Shown here: in pieces, positions 1 through 11,900 of the stretch
Numbering within the stretch: the first letter of the stretch is position 1
How the letters are laid out: each line of letters starts with the position of its first letter
From: Vitrella brassicaformis CCMP3155
Taxonomy: Eukaryota; Protista; Chromerida
NCBI GenBank assembly: GCA_001179505.1
Contig: CDMY01000680.1
Location: 1-31,471 of the forward strand
Length of the DNA: 31,471 nt
Direction: 5' to 3'
Notes under the pieces: generated by a model
Databases searched by the model: none
What the model was told of the DNA's origin: nothing
The model's input: the letters and a program-made list of their open reading frames with translations, nothing else
Position numbers and translations under genes: made by a program

Positions 1-114
1 CGACGTGCCGAACGGGCAGCCCAGCACCAGCAGCCCCTCGTCGCGCACGCACACACCGCTGGGCATGTTTGCCGGCCGGTCCATGCCCTTGGCGCCGGCA
101 ATCTCGATGCGAGA
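1..114 (-). mobile_element. Probable fragment of a non-LTR retrotransposon reverse transcriptase, running off the left edge
   Basis: The minus frame reads SRIEIAGAKGMDRPANMPSGVCVRDEGLLVLGCPFGTS. G-x-x-VLG-x-P-x-G is typical of the end of the RT core in non-LTR elements. An in-frame TGA lies directly upstream (115-117) and no upstream RT motifs are present, consistent with 5' truncation. Only 38 codons are visible. Confidence 0.5.
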
Positions 115-480
115 TCAAAAGGGGAACCGCTCCCCAGCCGTCTCAGAGAGATTCTGGTTTTGAATGTGGGTGTAGGGTGGTGATTGAGAGGCTCTGAAGT
201 CGCCCTTATCGCTCCCGACGCTCTGCGAGGGAGTGCCTTCTATTTCGGTCGTGCCGTTGTGTTGGTGGACTGAGATAGACGAGGAGGGCTCGGCACCCGC
301 GCAGCGTGACCCCTGCAGCCGTCCACAAGGCCCTACGTAGACAGAGGCGAAGATCCACCCCCCGCACCTCATCAGCTGACGATGCAGCGTGTCATCTCCC
401 TGACAGCTGGTCACTGAGTGAGTGGTGCTTTTGACTCTTCCCCCCTCTCGTCTATCGGCCAGCGCTGCGTTGACGTCATC

Positions 481-3400
481 ATGGAGCCGCGCTGCATCGG
501 CGAGCGGATGTTTCGGCCACACCGCGCCCAGCAGCTGGGCGCTCGCATGGACAACGCTGTTGCAGCGGGTGGTGCTTGTGGTGGTGGTGGTGGAGGTGGA
601 GGTGTTGCTGCCCTGCCGCCGCTGGATCATCATAATAATCACCAGGGCGGCAACTGCTGGGACCACCGGGCCCTCTCGGACAGCGCCTGCTCGCCCGACA
701 CCCACAGAGGCCACCCAACCTTCACCCCGGGGGCGGCATCAGCATCGGACCAGAACGGCTTCGCTCTGCCGTTCTTCCCCGGGGCACCCCTAGACGGCCA
801 CGGCCACGCTCATCATGGTCATGGCCGCCATAATCACCAGCAGCAGCAGCAGCAGCACACACCATCGCACCAGTACCAGCACGCACAGCATGTGCAGCAG
901 CAGCAGCAGCAGCAGCCTCAGCAGCCTCAGCTCCCGACGATAGTGGTCAAGAGTGAGAGTGAGGTGCCTGACGCTGCCACTGCAACACACCAGCAGCAGC
1001 AGCAGCCGCACAAAGGGCAGTGGGATGGGCTGGTAGAGGGCGGAGGGGAGTCGACGAGTGCCAGTGGGGCGGAGTGGACGCCCACCCCTGGTGCTGAGGG
1101 AGAGGGGGAGGGAGAGGGAGCGGGGGAGCGTGAGGGTGTCCAGGGGAATGTTGGCGAGTCTGAGGTGGAGAAGGTGGAGATCACACGGCCTGCAGACCTG
1201 CCACGAGACTGCAGTAAGCCAAGCCACAGAGAGACGATGAAGTGAAGCGCCGTTCCGAAGTCCATTCTTCATTCGCCATTTGTGTGTGTGTCTGTTGGTC
1301 TTGCCTTGCAGGTCTGCATGTCCGAGCGCGTGAAGACTCCGACTTCCCCTTTGAGCTGGTGCTAGAGTACCCCCTGCCCGAGGGCGTTCCCCACATCCCC
1401 ATCGCCGCCCCCCTCGAGCCACTGCCACCCAATCGCACCTCGTGGGAGCCAGGGTACATCCAGATCGTCGCGGAGACCCTGTTCGTGCAGCTGCGGCAGG
1501 CCGTCCCCGCCGCAGTGGCACCCCACCGAGTGCATGTCAAGACGGAGCCGACGGACGATGGGATGGGGGACGGGGGTATGGTGGATGAGGACCTGCATGC
1601 GGGGTCCAACAACACCGACGAGGAGCCGGCACTGGCGGCGGCACCGCTGTCCCCTCAGCTGCCGATGCCTGGCCACGGTGGCCACGGTGGGCACGGTCAG
1701 GCCCACGTCCATGGCAATGGTAACGCCCCCGCACGGACTGCGTCGGGGTCGTACGATGGCGCTTTCGACCATCACCGCCACCATCAGGACAGGGAGGCGC
1801 CCCCTGCTGCTGCAGGTGGGGGTGCTGGGGGTGGTGGTAGTGATGGTGCAGGTCCGCCAGTGGAGCCGGGTGTGTATTGGGGCCGGTATCTGCGAGGGCC
1901 GCCGATGCCCGTGCGTGTGGTGGACCTGCGGTATGCGACGGTGGGTTTGGGTGGTGAGTATGGCGATTGTATGCCAGAGGTTTTGCCGAGCCAGGATGCC
2001 GTCAGGAGAGGCCGATGCGTCTACTGCTACATTAGCGAAGACTAGTAAGCCACCGGACAGACAGACAGACGGACAAGCAAGAACAAAACCCACCACTGTG
2101 TGTGTCTCCGCAGCTACAAGCCCTTCGTCTTCACCTTTGAGAGCTTCATAGAGCATTACGCCGAGCACCAGCGGACATTCCTCCACGAAGCCTCCTTCCC
2201 CCCCGATGTCTTTGTCGAGGCCGCGCCGTCGCGCATGGCGTGTCTGCAGGAGGCCCTGAGGCACTTCTGGCGCGGCGGGCAGGGGGCCTGCCTCAAGTGC
2301 GGCCAGGCGGAGATGGTGAAGGGGCTCAGGGGGGAGGCCTTCTGCGGAATGTGCGATGGGTAACTTACTAAGGAGGAAGGAATGGCATACACAGAGCGTT
2401 CGTGGCATGGAGGGGTGGTGGGGCAGGAGAGATGTTTCGTTGTTGCGCTTTTGTTGCCTCCCTTCATCAGGGAGGCCCCCAACGACAGCATAGACGCCGC
2501 CCCACACCCACACTCTCACCCCCAGCCGCCTTCCATGCTCATGCGGCAGCCCCCGCGGCGCAGGTCCCGCCCCACCCACAACGCGCCCCATCTCCCTTCA
2601 CCACCCAACGCCCACACGCCCGGCAGCGGGATCGCCAAGCGCATCGGCACCTCCAAGCGAGGGCGGGATGTCGGCGGCGAGGATGGCGCGGGCAGCGGTC
2701 TGCAGATCTTGGCGTGGCGGCCCTGGAGCGAGAGCGAGATGGAGTACTATGTCAAGAGAGAGGACGAGTGCTACCGGTGAGGCCGACCATGAGAGGAACG
2801 AACAGAGAGAGGGAGAAGAGAGGAGAGAAATGCATTCATTGTGTCAATCGATCATTTGTGTGGTCTGTGTGTGGTGTGGTGTGGTGTAGGGATGTGCGCT
2901 GGTGTCGTGAGAGCTGGCTGTGCCACCACCCCGGCGCCCACGACCAGATCGCCGCCTTCCGTCGCAAGATGGAGAGCATGGCCATGCACACACACTCCCA
3001 GAACACATTCGGACCCACAGGTAAGGAATCCTTCCCCCTCTCCCCCTCCCCTCCAGGGCCCCTCCATCCATCCATCCATCTGTCTGTCTGTCTGTCTTTG
3101 TCTGTCTGTCTCTGCAGCCAAGACGGAGGCCACATTCACTCTGTACAAGCGTGTGGATCGTGTCCTTGCCAGCCGGCAGGTGGGCAGCTGTTTCGGCCAC
3201 CACCAGCACCACCACCAGCACCAGCAGCACCAGGGGCAGAACGTGCAGTACCTGGTCAAGTGGCGCCACCTGCCCTACTCCGAATGCACGTGGCATCACG
3301 CCGCGTCGCTCAACCATCCTGACGACCAAGCCGCCATCTCACGGTGGGTGAACAATCCTTGAAATCCTCCCCCCCTCTCTCTCTCTCGGTTCACATCCGT

Positions 3401-6400
3401 CCCCCTCCCTCCCCATGTGTATGTGTGTTGGCAGGCACGAGCACTTCAACTCTCGTCGTTCGGTGTGGTCGTTCCACGAGTTTGCGCAGGAGGTGGTGGG
3501 CGAGGACCGGTGGCAGGAGACGTGGCTGGCCGTCAAGGCCAAGTCCGAGCAGCACGCGCCCCTCTCACTCGTGCGCAGCCCAGAGCAGGCCGACAACTGC
3601 CCGCTGTGGCTGGAGGCCACGGCGCAGAAACTCTTCCGCGACGGCACGTACTTCCCTGCCATGGTAACTCTCACAGATACACACACGTATACGCACAGAG
3701 AGAAAGAAAGAAAGAAAGAAAGAAAGAGAGATGGGTGGGAGGAGAGGGACGAGGGTGGGATGTCCGTCGTGTGTTTTCCTGCAGTTTGACCCCTCTGTGG
3801 GCGATTTCCACGCTGCGATTCGGGAGGACGGCTTAACGCATGGCATCGTCGAGTACGACCGGCTGCACCGCCACCAGGTGGAGGGACTCCGGTCGATGCT
3901 GCACCAGGCCACCCAGCACAAAGGCACACTCGTGCAGTTCGACCAGCCCGGGATGGGCCGCAAAGCTATGGTCAGTGAGCAGGGGAGTGGTCGAGGGCGA
4001 GGGAGAGAGAGACAAGGCGCATCGTGGTGTGTGTATGTCTGGACCGCCCTCCCTCCCTCCCTCCCTCTCTGCGTGTGTGTTGTGTGTGTGTCTCGGTGTA
4101 GGTGGTTGTGACGATGGAGCATCTTCTGGAGCATCGGCGCCGCAGCGACGGGCGTGCTGCACATGGGCTGGTGGTGGCCCCGCACACCTCCCTCGACGGA
4201 TGGTGCCGCGAGTTCCAGAAATGGACGCCACACCTTAACGCCGTCACATTTGCCGGTAGATAAACACACCACCACACACCTTTCCCACAGCCCAATTCCC
4301 CTCCCACACGCACTCTCCCTCTCCCTCTGTGTCTGTGGGGGTGTCCATAGGCACATCGGCTGACCTGTCGGCGATCGCCAGGTACGAGCTGCAGTGGACG
4401 CACCCCTTCCTTGGCCCCTCCAAACGCGCCAGGACGTCCCATGCCCGGGCCGGCCTGGAGGGTCTGCAGAAGGCGGTCAAGGCTGACGTGGTGGTGTGTT
4501 CCCCGGAGAGTCTGGACAGCGACGAGTTTGCGATGCACCTGGGGGGCGGCAGGGTGGACTTCGCCGTGTGTGTGGTCGATGGACATGGGGCATGGAAGGT
4601 AGACATGGAGAGAGAGACGTATATGCTATGGAGAGAGACAGAGAGTCTGCAATGAGAATGTGTGTGTGGGGTTTCTGTCTGTCTGTCTGTCTGTCTGCAG
4701 GAGGGTGAGCGACTGGACGTCCTGTGTCGGCCGCTCCAGCAGGTCGTCCCGACGGCAAGCAGCACCAACATCCTCATCGCCCACCCCCAACACGACCCCC
4801 TCAACACCATCACCACCGCCACGCCTGAGGAGGTCTTCGCGACACTCGCCTTCATCGACCCCCACACATACACCTACCAGAGCAACCACAGCAGCAGCGG
4901 CAGCACCGGCTGGAGCGGCCCGGGGGGGCAGCCGCTGCTGGACCCCCACACACATGAGGGGTTCATGCAGCAGTATGGCGAGTTCCACCAGTATCCGTAA
5001 GCAGCTGAGCACTGAGGACGGATGGATGAATGGATGGATGGATGGATGGCGCGTGTGTGCGTGCGTGTCTGAAGGGACTTAGCGAGCCGCGTGCAGGAGG
5101 CCTTGCTGTCCTACGCGTTCAAACGGTCGGTACCCTCACAATCCCACACAATCGGTGCTTCATGTGTGTGTGTGTGTGTGTGTGTGCCTGTGTGGGTGAT
5201 GTGGTGTGTGGCAGTGAGCTGTCGCGTGTTTCGCGCCACCTGCCGGCCCAGCGTGTGCACGAAATGGTGGTGCCCATGACCGTGGCACAGAAGAGGGCCT
5301 ACGCAGCAGTCTACCAGATGTATGCAGCACACATACAGCACACGCAGCACTTACCAAGGGGCGCGCAAGAGGAGCTAGCTCTTCTCCGTGCTTCGTGTGC
5401 AGGTATGGCCATGAGTCGACTCAGCCCAACTGGCAGAACCATCTCGCCACCAAGGTGAAGTGTGTCAGCAAGGCCAGAGCAGCAACACACGGCGGGAGCT
5501 TTATCCCACTCTCTCTCTCTGTGTGTGTGTGTGTGTGTATGGGCAGCTGCGCGAGTGCTGCAACCACCCGCTGCAGATGGGCATCGAGAGCATCAGCTCG
5601 GCCATGAGACAGGGCGACATCCACCCCTCACTCAGACGCAGAGGTCACACACACACACACACACACACACGACACGCGACCGGCCACAATCTGTGTGTGG
5701 TGTGTGGTGCTTTCCTGACTGCAGCTGGCGAGTCCGAGGAGTCTCAGGAGGGCCGAGTGCTGCTGGAGACCTCCGGCAAGCTTGCCTTCCTCGGCAGGCT
5801 GCTGCCCGCGCTCAAACTGCAGAAGCGCAAAGTCATCCTCCTGTCGCAATTTGCCGAGGTCAGCCTGTCTGTCTGTCCTACTCAACGGCTGCACGGTGTG
5901 TGTGGAGTGTGGCGTGGTGTGGTGTGTGCAGACCTTGTCGCTACTCGAGGGTGGTGTGCTCAGCCCCAAAGGCTTTTACTGGGAGCGCCTTGACGTGCTC
6001 ATGGCACCAGAGGAGCGGCAGATGGCCATAAACCGGTGTGTCAGTGGGGAGCATGGCAGCACAGACAGACAGAGAGAGAGAGAGAGAGAGAGGGAGGGGA
6101 GGGGCGTGTGGGCATCCATCCATCCATCCTCCATCCATCCATCCATGTGTGTGCGTGATTGTTGTCCGAAAGGTTCAACGAGACTGACGAGACCTTCCTG
6201 CTGCTGTCGACCTTCGAAGCGGGTGCACACGGGGTGGACATCACCCCCGCCACGACCATCATACATATGGACCCCCCTGACTCCATCATCGGCCGCCCAT
6301 GCGTACGCAGCACAGCACAATGGCTGGCCATTTCCCCTTCACTGCATCCATGTCATGTGTGTGTTGTTGTGTTCGCTCATCGTCCATGTCATTAGGTGGG

Positions 6401-7637
6401 TGTCCGGTGTGAGTGCGTGGCGCAGACCCGCGAAGTTACCGTGTACCAGCTGGTGGCAAAGGGCAGCTACGAGGCCAAGATGCTGCGCATCGCCGCCAAC
6501 GCCGCCAGGGAGGGGCACGAGATGCTCCTGGCAGGGGACATCCGCCAGATGGTCAACGAGGGCATCCTCGTCGCCCTCACAGGTACCCTTTCCCCCGCCC
6601 CTCTCTCTCTCTCTGCGTGTTGTGTGTGCTTGATGTGGTGTGGTGTGGTGTGATGTGGTCTGTGTGCAGATGACCAGACGATAGAGCGGGAGGACAGGGC
6701 GTTCGGGCGGGCCTCTGTGCAGACCATTCTCCAGGGGCGTTTCGGCCAGCAGCAGACGGACGGCAGCAACGAAGACGACTCATGCTGGGAGCTGGGTGCG
6801 CAGGGAGAGAGGGAGGGTGTGTTGTTGGTCGGCAGGTCATGCCGTCTGTCTGTGTGTCTGTCTGTGTCTGCACCTCCAGGCAATAGTCGTGACCCAGCCT
6901 TTCTGCCGCGCGCCACTCTGGCGCTGGAGCAGTTCAACCCATCCCTCTCCATCAGCAGATGTGTGCCGTCCTTCAGGTAGCCCCCACACACCGCTCACTG
7001 CCCTCACACACAGGCCATTCATTCATCACCTCTCTTTCTGCCGTCCTCTGGCTCTCTCTCCACACACAGCCGCGAGGAGCGTCGCAGTCACGTGCCCGGC
7101 CTGCTGCCCCCTCCCCCTCCCCACTCCCACACACCCCACTACCCCTACACAGCCCCGCCACCACCAGCCCCCCACGCCCCTCTCACCCACACACCTCCCC
7201 CTGGGCGCAACTGCCCCCAAGGCGGCCGCAATCGTCGCTCTCGCCGCCAGCAGCATTTGGTCACCGTCAAGACCGAAGTCGGCCTGACAGAGCCGAGTGA
7301 GGCACCTGCGGCCGCACCTGCTGGACCTCCTGCCGCTACTCCTGCTGCGGGTCCGTCTGTGGGTCCGTCTGCACAGCAGCAGCAGTATCAGTACGGTGAG
7401 GTGTGGGAGGAGGTGGACGGGGTGCTCATGCCCAGGTTGGGGCTGGTGCCCGCTGACCCAGAGCCACTCGTGGTCGACGACGATGAGCCACAGCACCACC
7501 AAGAGCACCATGAAAACATGCAGCCGCCGCCGCAGCAGCAGCAGCAGTATCAGCAGCAACATCAGCATGAGATGCAGCAGCAGGTGCCATGTGAGGAGAT
7601 GAACGTGATGTCGGTCAAGCAGGAGGGGGCCGGATGA
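481..7637 (+). CDS. Multi-exon CHD-like protein: low-complexity N-terminus, Cys pairs, tandem chromodomains, SNF2-type two-lobe ATPase fold with degenerate catalytic motifs, Pro/Gln-rich tail
   Basis: Spliced translation gives chromodomain 1 (QILAWR..EYYVKREDECYRDVRW), chromodomain 2 (YKRVDRVLASR..QYLVKWRHLPYSECTW), SNF2 motif Ia (LVVAPHTSLDGWCREFQKW), EVFATLAFIDP, LRECCNHP, SGKLAFLGRLL..RKVILLSQF, FLLLSTFEAGAHGVDITPATTII and VTVYQLVAKGSYE. GT-AG introns checked in phase include 1214-1310 and 3971-4100. First ATG is at 481 and the stop of the last exon at 7637. Confidence 0.88.
5644..5724 (+). repeat. Representative intron with (CA)n at the 5' end and (TG)-rich tract at the 3' end; similar SSRs (CA/TG, GACA/TGTC, GA/TC, GGAT/ATCC, GAAA) fill most introns in the window
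   Basis: The intron reads GT-(CA)n (5646-5670)...ctgtgtgtggtgtgtggtg (5691-5709)...gactgcAG. Confidence 0.9.
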
Positions 7638-8980
7638 GAGCACTGATGTGGGTTTTCTGAAGCGTGGTGGTGCACGTGACGTGTATCTGTAGACGCCCCA
7701 GACAGATGCCGGTCGGTCTGGTCTGGCGGCGGTTTTGCAATTAAAGGGGAGGGAGGGGCCAGGGAAGGGGGGAGGGGGAGGGGCGAGGTGTGCGAGCCGA
7801 CACTGTGTGTGTGTGTCTGGTGGGTCGGTTGGTGCATGCTGTCTGACAGGTTTATATCCACGATATTGGTTGCTTCGTTTTTCTTTGGCCGCTTGTCTGT
7901 CTGTCTGTCTGGCCGATCGGATTGGTCCTCCGGCGGTATGCGTATTCTGCATACACACAACACAACACAACACAACACACACCCGGCGATGTGGTGCTGG
8001 GCTGCCTGGCTGGCTGGCGCGCATTTTTGCTGTCTGCGGATATATATCACTTCTAACTTTTTGGTGCTTTCTGTTAGTTGACGTGTGAAGGGTTATCCAG
8101 ACAGACAGGCAGGCAGGCAGAGGACAGACAGCCCACACAGCTCACAGCTCGATGGATGATGCTGCTGCTTGTCGGGTCCTCACATGCAATTGGTGCCTGC
8201 CTTGCCTCGTGGCTTTGAACACGCGTGTGTGTGCGTGTGCGTGTCTGTCTGTCTGTCGGTCTGTGAGAGACGGTCTTCGCTTCGCCCTTCATGCCATCCA
8301 TCCATCCATCCATCATGTTTCTCGCCTGAAGCTCCATGACTCGCCATCCCATCCGCCATATGATCCATGCCACGTGTGCTTTATCTTCCTGTCTGTCTGC
8401 CTAGCTGTGGGTCCGCACACACGTCGGTGTGGACCTGCCGCACGCACGTGTGTGCCTCCTTTCGGGCGGGGAGCTGTATACAAGAGAGAGGAGAGTGAGA
8501 GAGAGGCTCCCATGGTGCTCCTGCACCTCGACTTTGCTGTCTGCCTCTGTCTCCCCCGTGTGTGTCTCCTTTTCCTCCGATTGTTTGTCAGTCACTTATC
8601 GTAATTAACTCTCATGAAAGAAGGTGGTCGCAGCGCTGATTCGGTGGAGTGCGTGGCATGGGCCGGGTGGACTGCGTGCGGTCACGATCGATGATATGAT
8701 GAGTGTGTGAAGTGAACTTGTGCGTGTGGCAGTTACATTACGTGACATGGATGGGACGCGATGCGTGTGCGCTCTCTGGTGGCTGCACTGCACAGATATC
8801 AGCTGTAAAGGTAGGGAGTGAGTGCATTCGTTCGGTGTGGTGTGCGATCGGACGTCGTTCAAAGCCTAAAACATACACAAGCAGGGAGGGAGGACGGGAT
8901 GTGTCTGACCGCTTAGGCTATCCATCCATCCATCCATCCATCCACACACACAGGCACACGCACGCACATCCATCCATCCA

Positions 8981-11900
8981 TCATCCCTCCGGCTGGCCGC
9001 CGCCGGCCTGCATGCCATTCAGGAAGGCCAGTGCCTGCACACACCCAAGAAAAGCATCGCCTCCAGAAACTCTGTTTTGGCCGTCACATGGTGGACGTGT
9101 ATTCTGTCAGACCTTCTTGAGCCCATCGCTCTCGATCCTTCGGGCCTCCAGGCGCTTGTCGAAATTGTCCAGGATGAAGTCGCAGTGAGGCTTGATTTCC
9201 TCCAAGTACGCCAATACGGCATCCTGCCAGTGGATATTGATGACCACATACACACACACATAGGCTTATCCATGCCACAATTTTTCCTTCCGTGACCGAC
9301 CAGGTCTTCCTGTTCGGCGCTCCGCTCGCCCATCTTGTTGGAAGCATCCAGCTCCAGCTCTCCTGACACATACGCACAAACAACACATGAGGCGGGTTTC
9401 TGTTTATGTCTCCCTCTCTCTCGCTGTCTCATGTGTGTACCGACCCACCCACCGTGTGTGCCCTGTGCAGTGGTCCGCTCGCCATCCAGTGTCTGGATGT
9501 CGGTGTCGCTGTCGGCCATGTACTGCTGGTACTCGCTCTCGGCCGTCGTCTCGTCCTCACGAGCCTTCTCTAAGTCGCTCTCCAGATCCTGAGGAGCAAG
9601 ACACGAAGAGTAGAGAGATACATCTCATCTACGCGAACAATGCTTCGTCTCTTCTCAGGACTTACATACCGTTTTTATCATGTTGAGCACGGCGACGATG
9701 CCGCCGCTTTCGCCCTGTTTGTTGAAGCACACAATACATTGGTGGCCGATTTCCTGTCTGTCTGTCTGTGTGTGTGACTTGTGGCGGGCCCACTTACCGA
9801 GCTGCCCGTGTAGGGCCCTGTCCACAGCACGGGTGGCGGGGAGATGGCCGCGTCACGCTCCAGCTGATTGGGGCTGGCCTTCTGGGTGCCATACTACAAC
9901 GAACACACACACACACACACAAAACAAGCAAACACACAAACAACGACGAGAGGAAGTGACCACAGTACGACCGCATGTCTCTCTCCATCTCCCTCTCCCG
10001 CCCACCAGCTGCAGCCTTCTGCGCTTGTTGGTGCGCATGGTGCCAGTAGTGGCCTTGGAGCGATGCAGCTGCAGCGTCGCCGTGTGTGCATGAGTGCGGA
10101 CGTGGCCCTCCTCGACCAGAGCGAACTCGAGGCTGTTGGCCTCGTAGAAGCCGCGGAGGGTCTCGGCAGCACCCGCCAGCAAGGCAATGGCGTCCAGATC
10201 ATCTGTGTGTGAGAGGAGAGCAGATTTAGCGAGCGGTCTATTTCTCTCTGTGCTACGACGTCTACCGTGTTGGTTCTGTGTAAATTCAGTCCGCTCGGCT
10301 TCGCGTTGGGTGGTGGCCTTCTGTCGGGACTCCTTCACGTCAGCGATCGTCTGCATCAGTGTTCAAGGGACGAGAAGAGAAGGGCATACACAGAGGTTTG
10401 AAGGATGGCAGCGGGTGACCTGGCTGATCGTCTTGATGTGCTGAATGAGGTCCGCCTGCGACTTCCGGATGCGCTCTATCTCGCCAGTCAGGTCGTCGAG
10501 CGTTTGACTGAGGAGACATACACACATTTTCGTCCTTCCAGCTCACTCCTTCCTCGCACCTGCTTTCGCGCGCCTCTGCGTCTTTGTTGGCGATGTCGGC
10601 TTTGCACTGCTCCTTCCAACTGATGTCGTCCTTCTCCTCCTGCCTCATGTGACACACAGCGCACGCCACACAAGGACGGCCGGTGACTCGTTATCTCTCC
10701 TTCTCTCGTACTGTAGGTTGGCGATCTCCTTGTTGATGACGTCTTTGACGAGCACAAAGGGGTCAGTGCCGTTGACCATCAGGGGAGCGTCTCTGTCACC
10801 CTGTCCATGTGTGAGAATGACATAAAAGAGAATGTCATGGTGCAGGCGTCTTTGAATGACCGGAGGCGATTCACACCCGTACCTCGAGTTGGTGCACCAG
10901 CTGGATAAGCTTGGCATTGTGCAGACGGCCTGAATGAACGAGAAAGATACAAAGGCTCTGTATATGCTGGCGCTTCTCCCTTCTCTGTGTGTGTGTGTAT
11001 ACGGGCGATCCGAGTCAGGTTATCGACCACACTCCGTTTCACCTCCTCAGCAAGGCTCACGGGCCGCACCCTCTCCTACATCAACCAGAACACCGACACA
11101 AATGCCCTCCTGTGCATCCAGCATCCGTACCTTCAACTGCAGCAGCACCTGCCCCTCGTGTCTCTTCATGGTCTTGCTAAACAGGTCCCGCGAGTCGTCG
11201 CTGTGCAGCATCTGGATGGCCTTGCGCACTGACTGCAGCTCGGCCTCGCGCAACTCAACACGCTCTGACGCACAAACACATGACAGAGAGGGGAAGAGAG
11301 GGTCAACTGCAGAGCATGCTTGGATAATGCCGAGGTACGGTTGAATTCGGTGTTCTTGGTCTGGCTGTCCCGCCGCACGTCGGCCAGCAGCTGGGTGTCC
11401 GCCTCGATTTGTGCCGAAAGTTCCTCCTTCTCCTTGTTGTACTCCACCAGCTTCTGCTCCAAAGGCACATGATAGGTGTTTGCCTTGCGGGCTTGCTGGG
11501 CACATTCGCTGTCACACCTTAGCTCTGGCTGCCCCCTCTAGCCGCTGTGCATTTTGCTGCTCCTGAAGGGACGAGATCTCCTCCTCTGCAGATGCCCAGA
11601 GAAACGAGTGTGTTCAGCTGCTCTGCGCGGCTGCATTCTCACTGACCCTTAGCAGCTTTCAGTTCGATGAACAGCGTGGTAGCATCCGTCTCTTTCTGCG
11701 CACACATCACATGCAGGCAAAAGGCGCCCGTGTGTAGATCCCATCCCGCTGTGTGTCCTTGCCTGGTTAGTCTCGTCGAGGTTCTTTTGGAATGCATCGA
11801 GCATGCTGGCAAGCGTCTGCTGCACCGTGGTGGAGCCGGCCTCATAGGCCTTCCTGAAGGGGGACGCCCTGAAGAAACACCGTGTACACGCCAATTGATT

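Noticed and set aside
7746-7784. G-quadruplex-capable G-run cluster downstream of the CHD-like stop
   Set aside because: G/A-rich runs are common throughout this sequence, and nothing singles this one out.
8690-8810. ATGATGA resembling a C box of a C/D snoRNA
   Set aside because: There is no appropriately placed CTGA D box or terminal stem.
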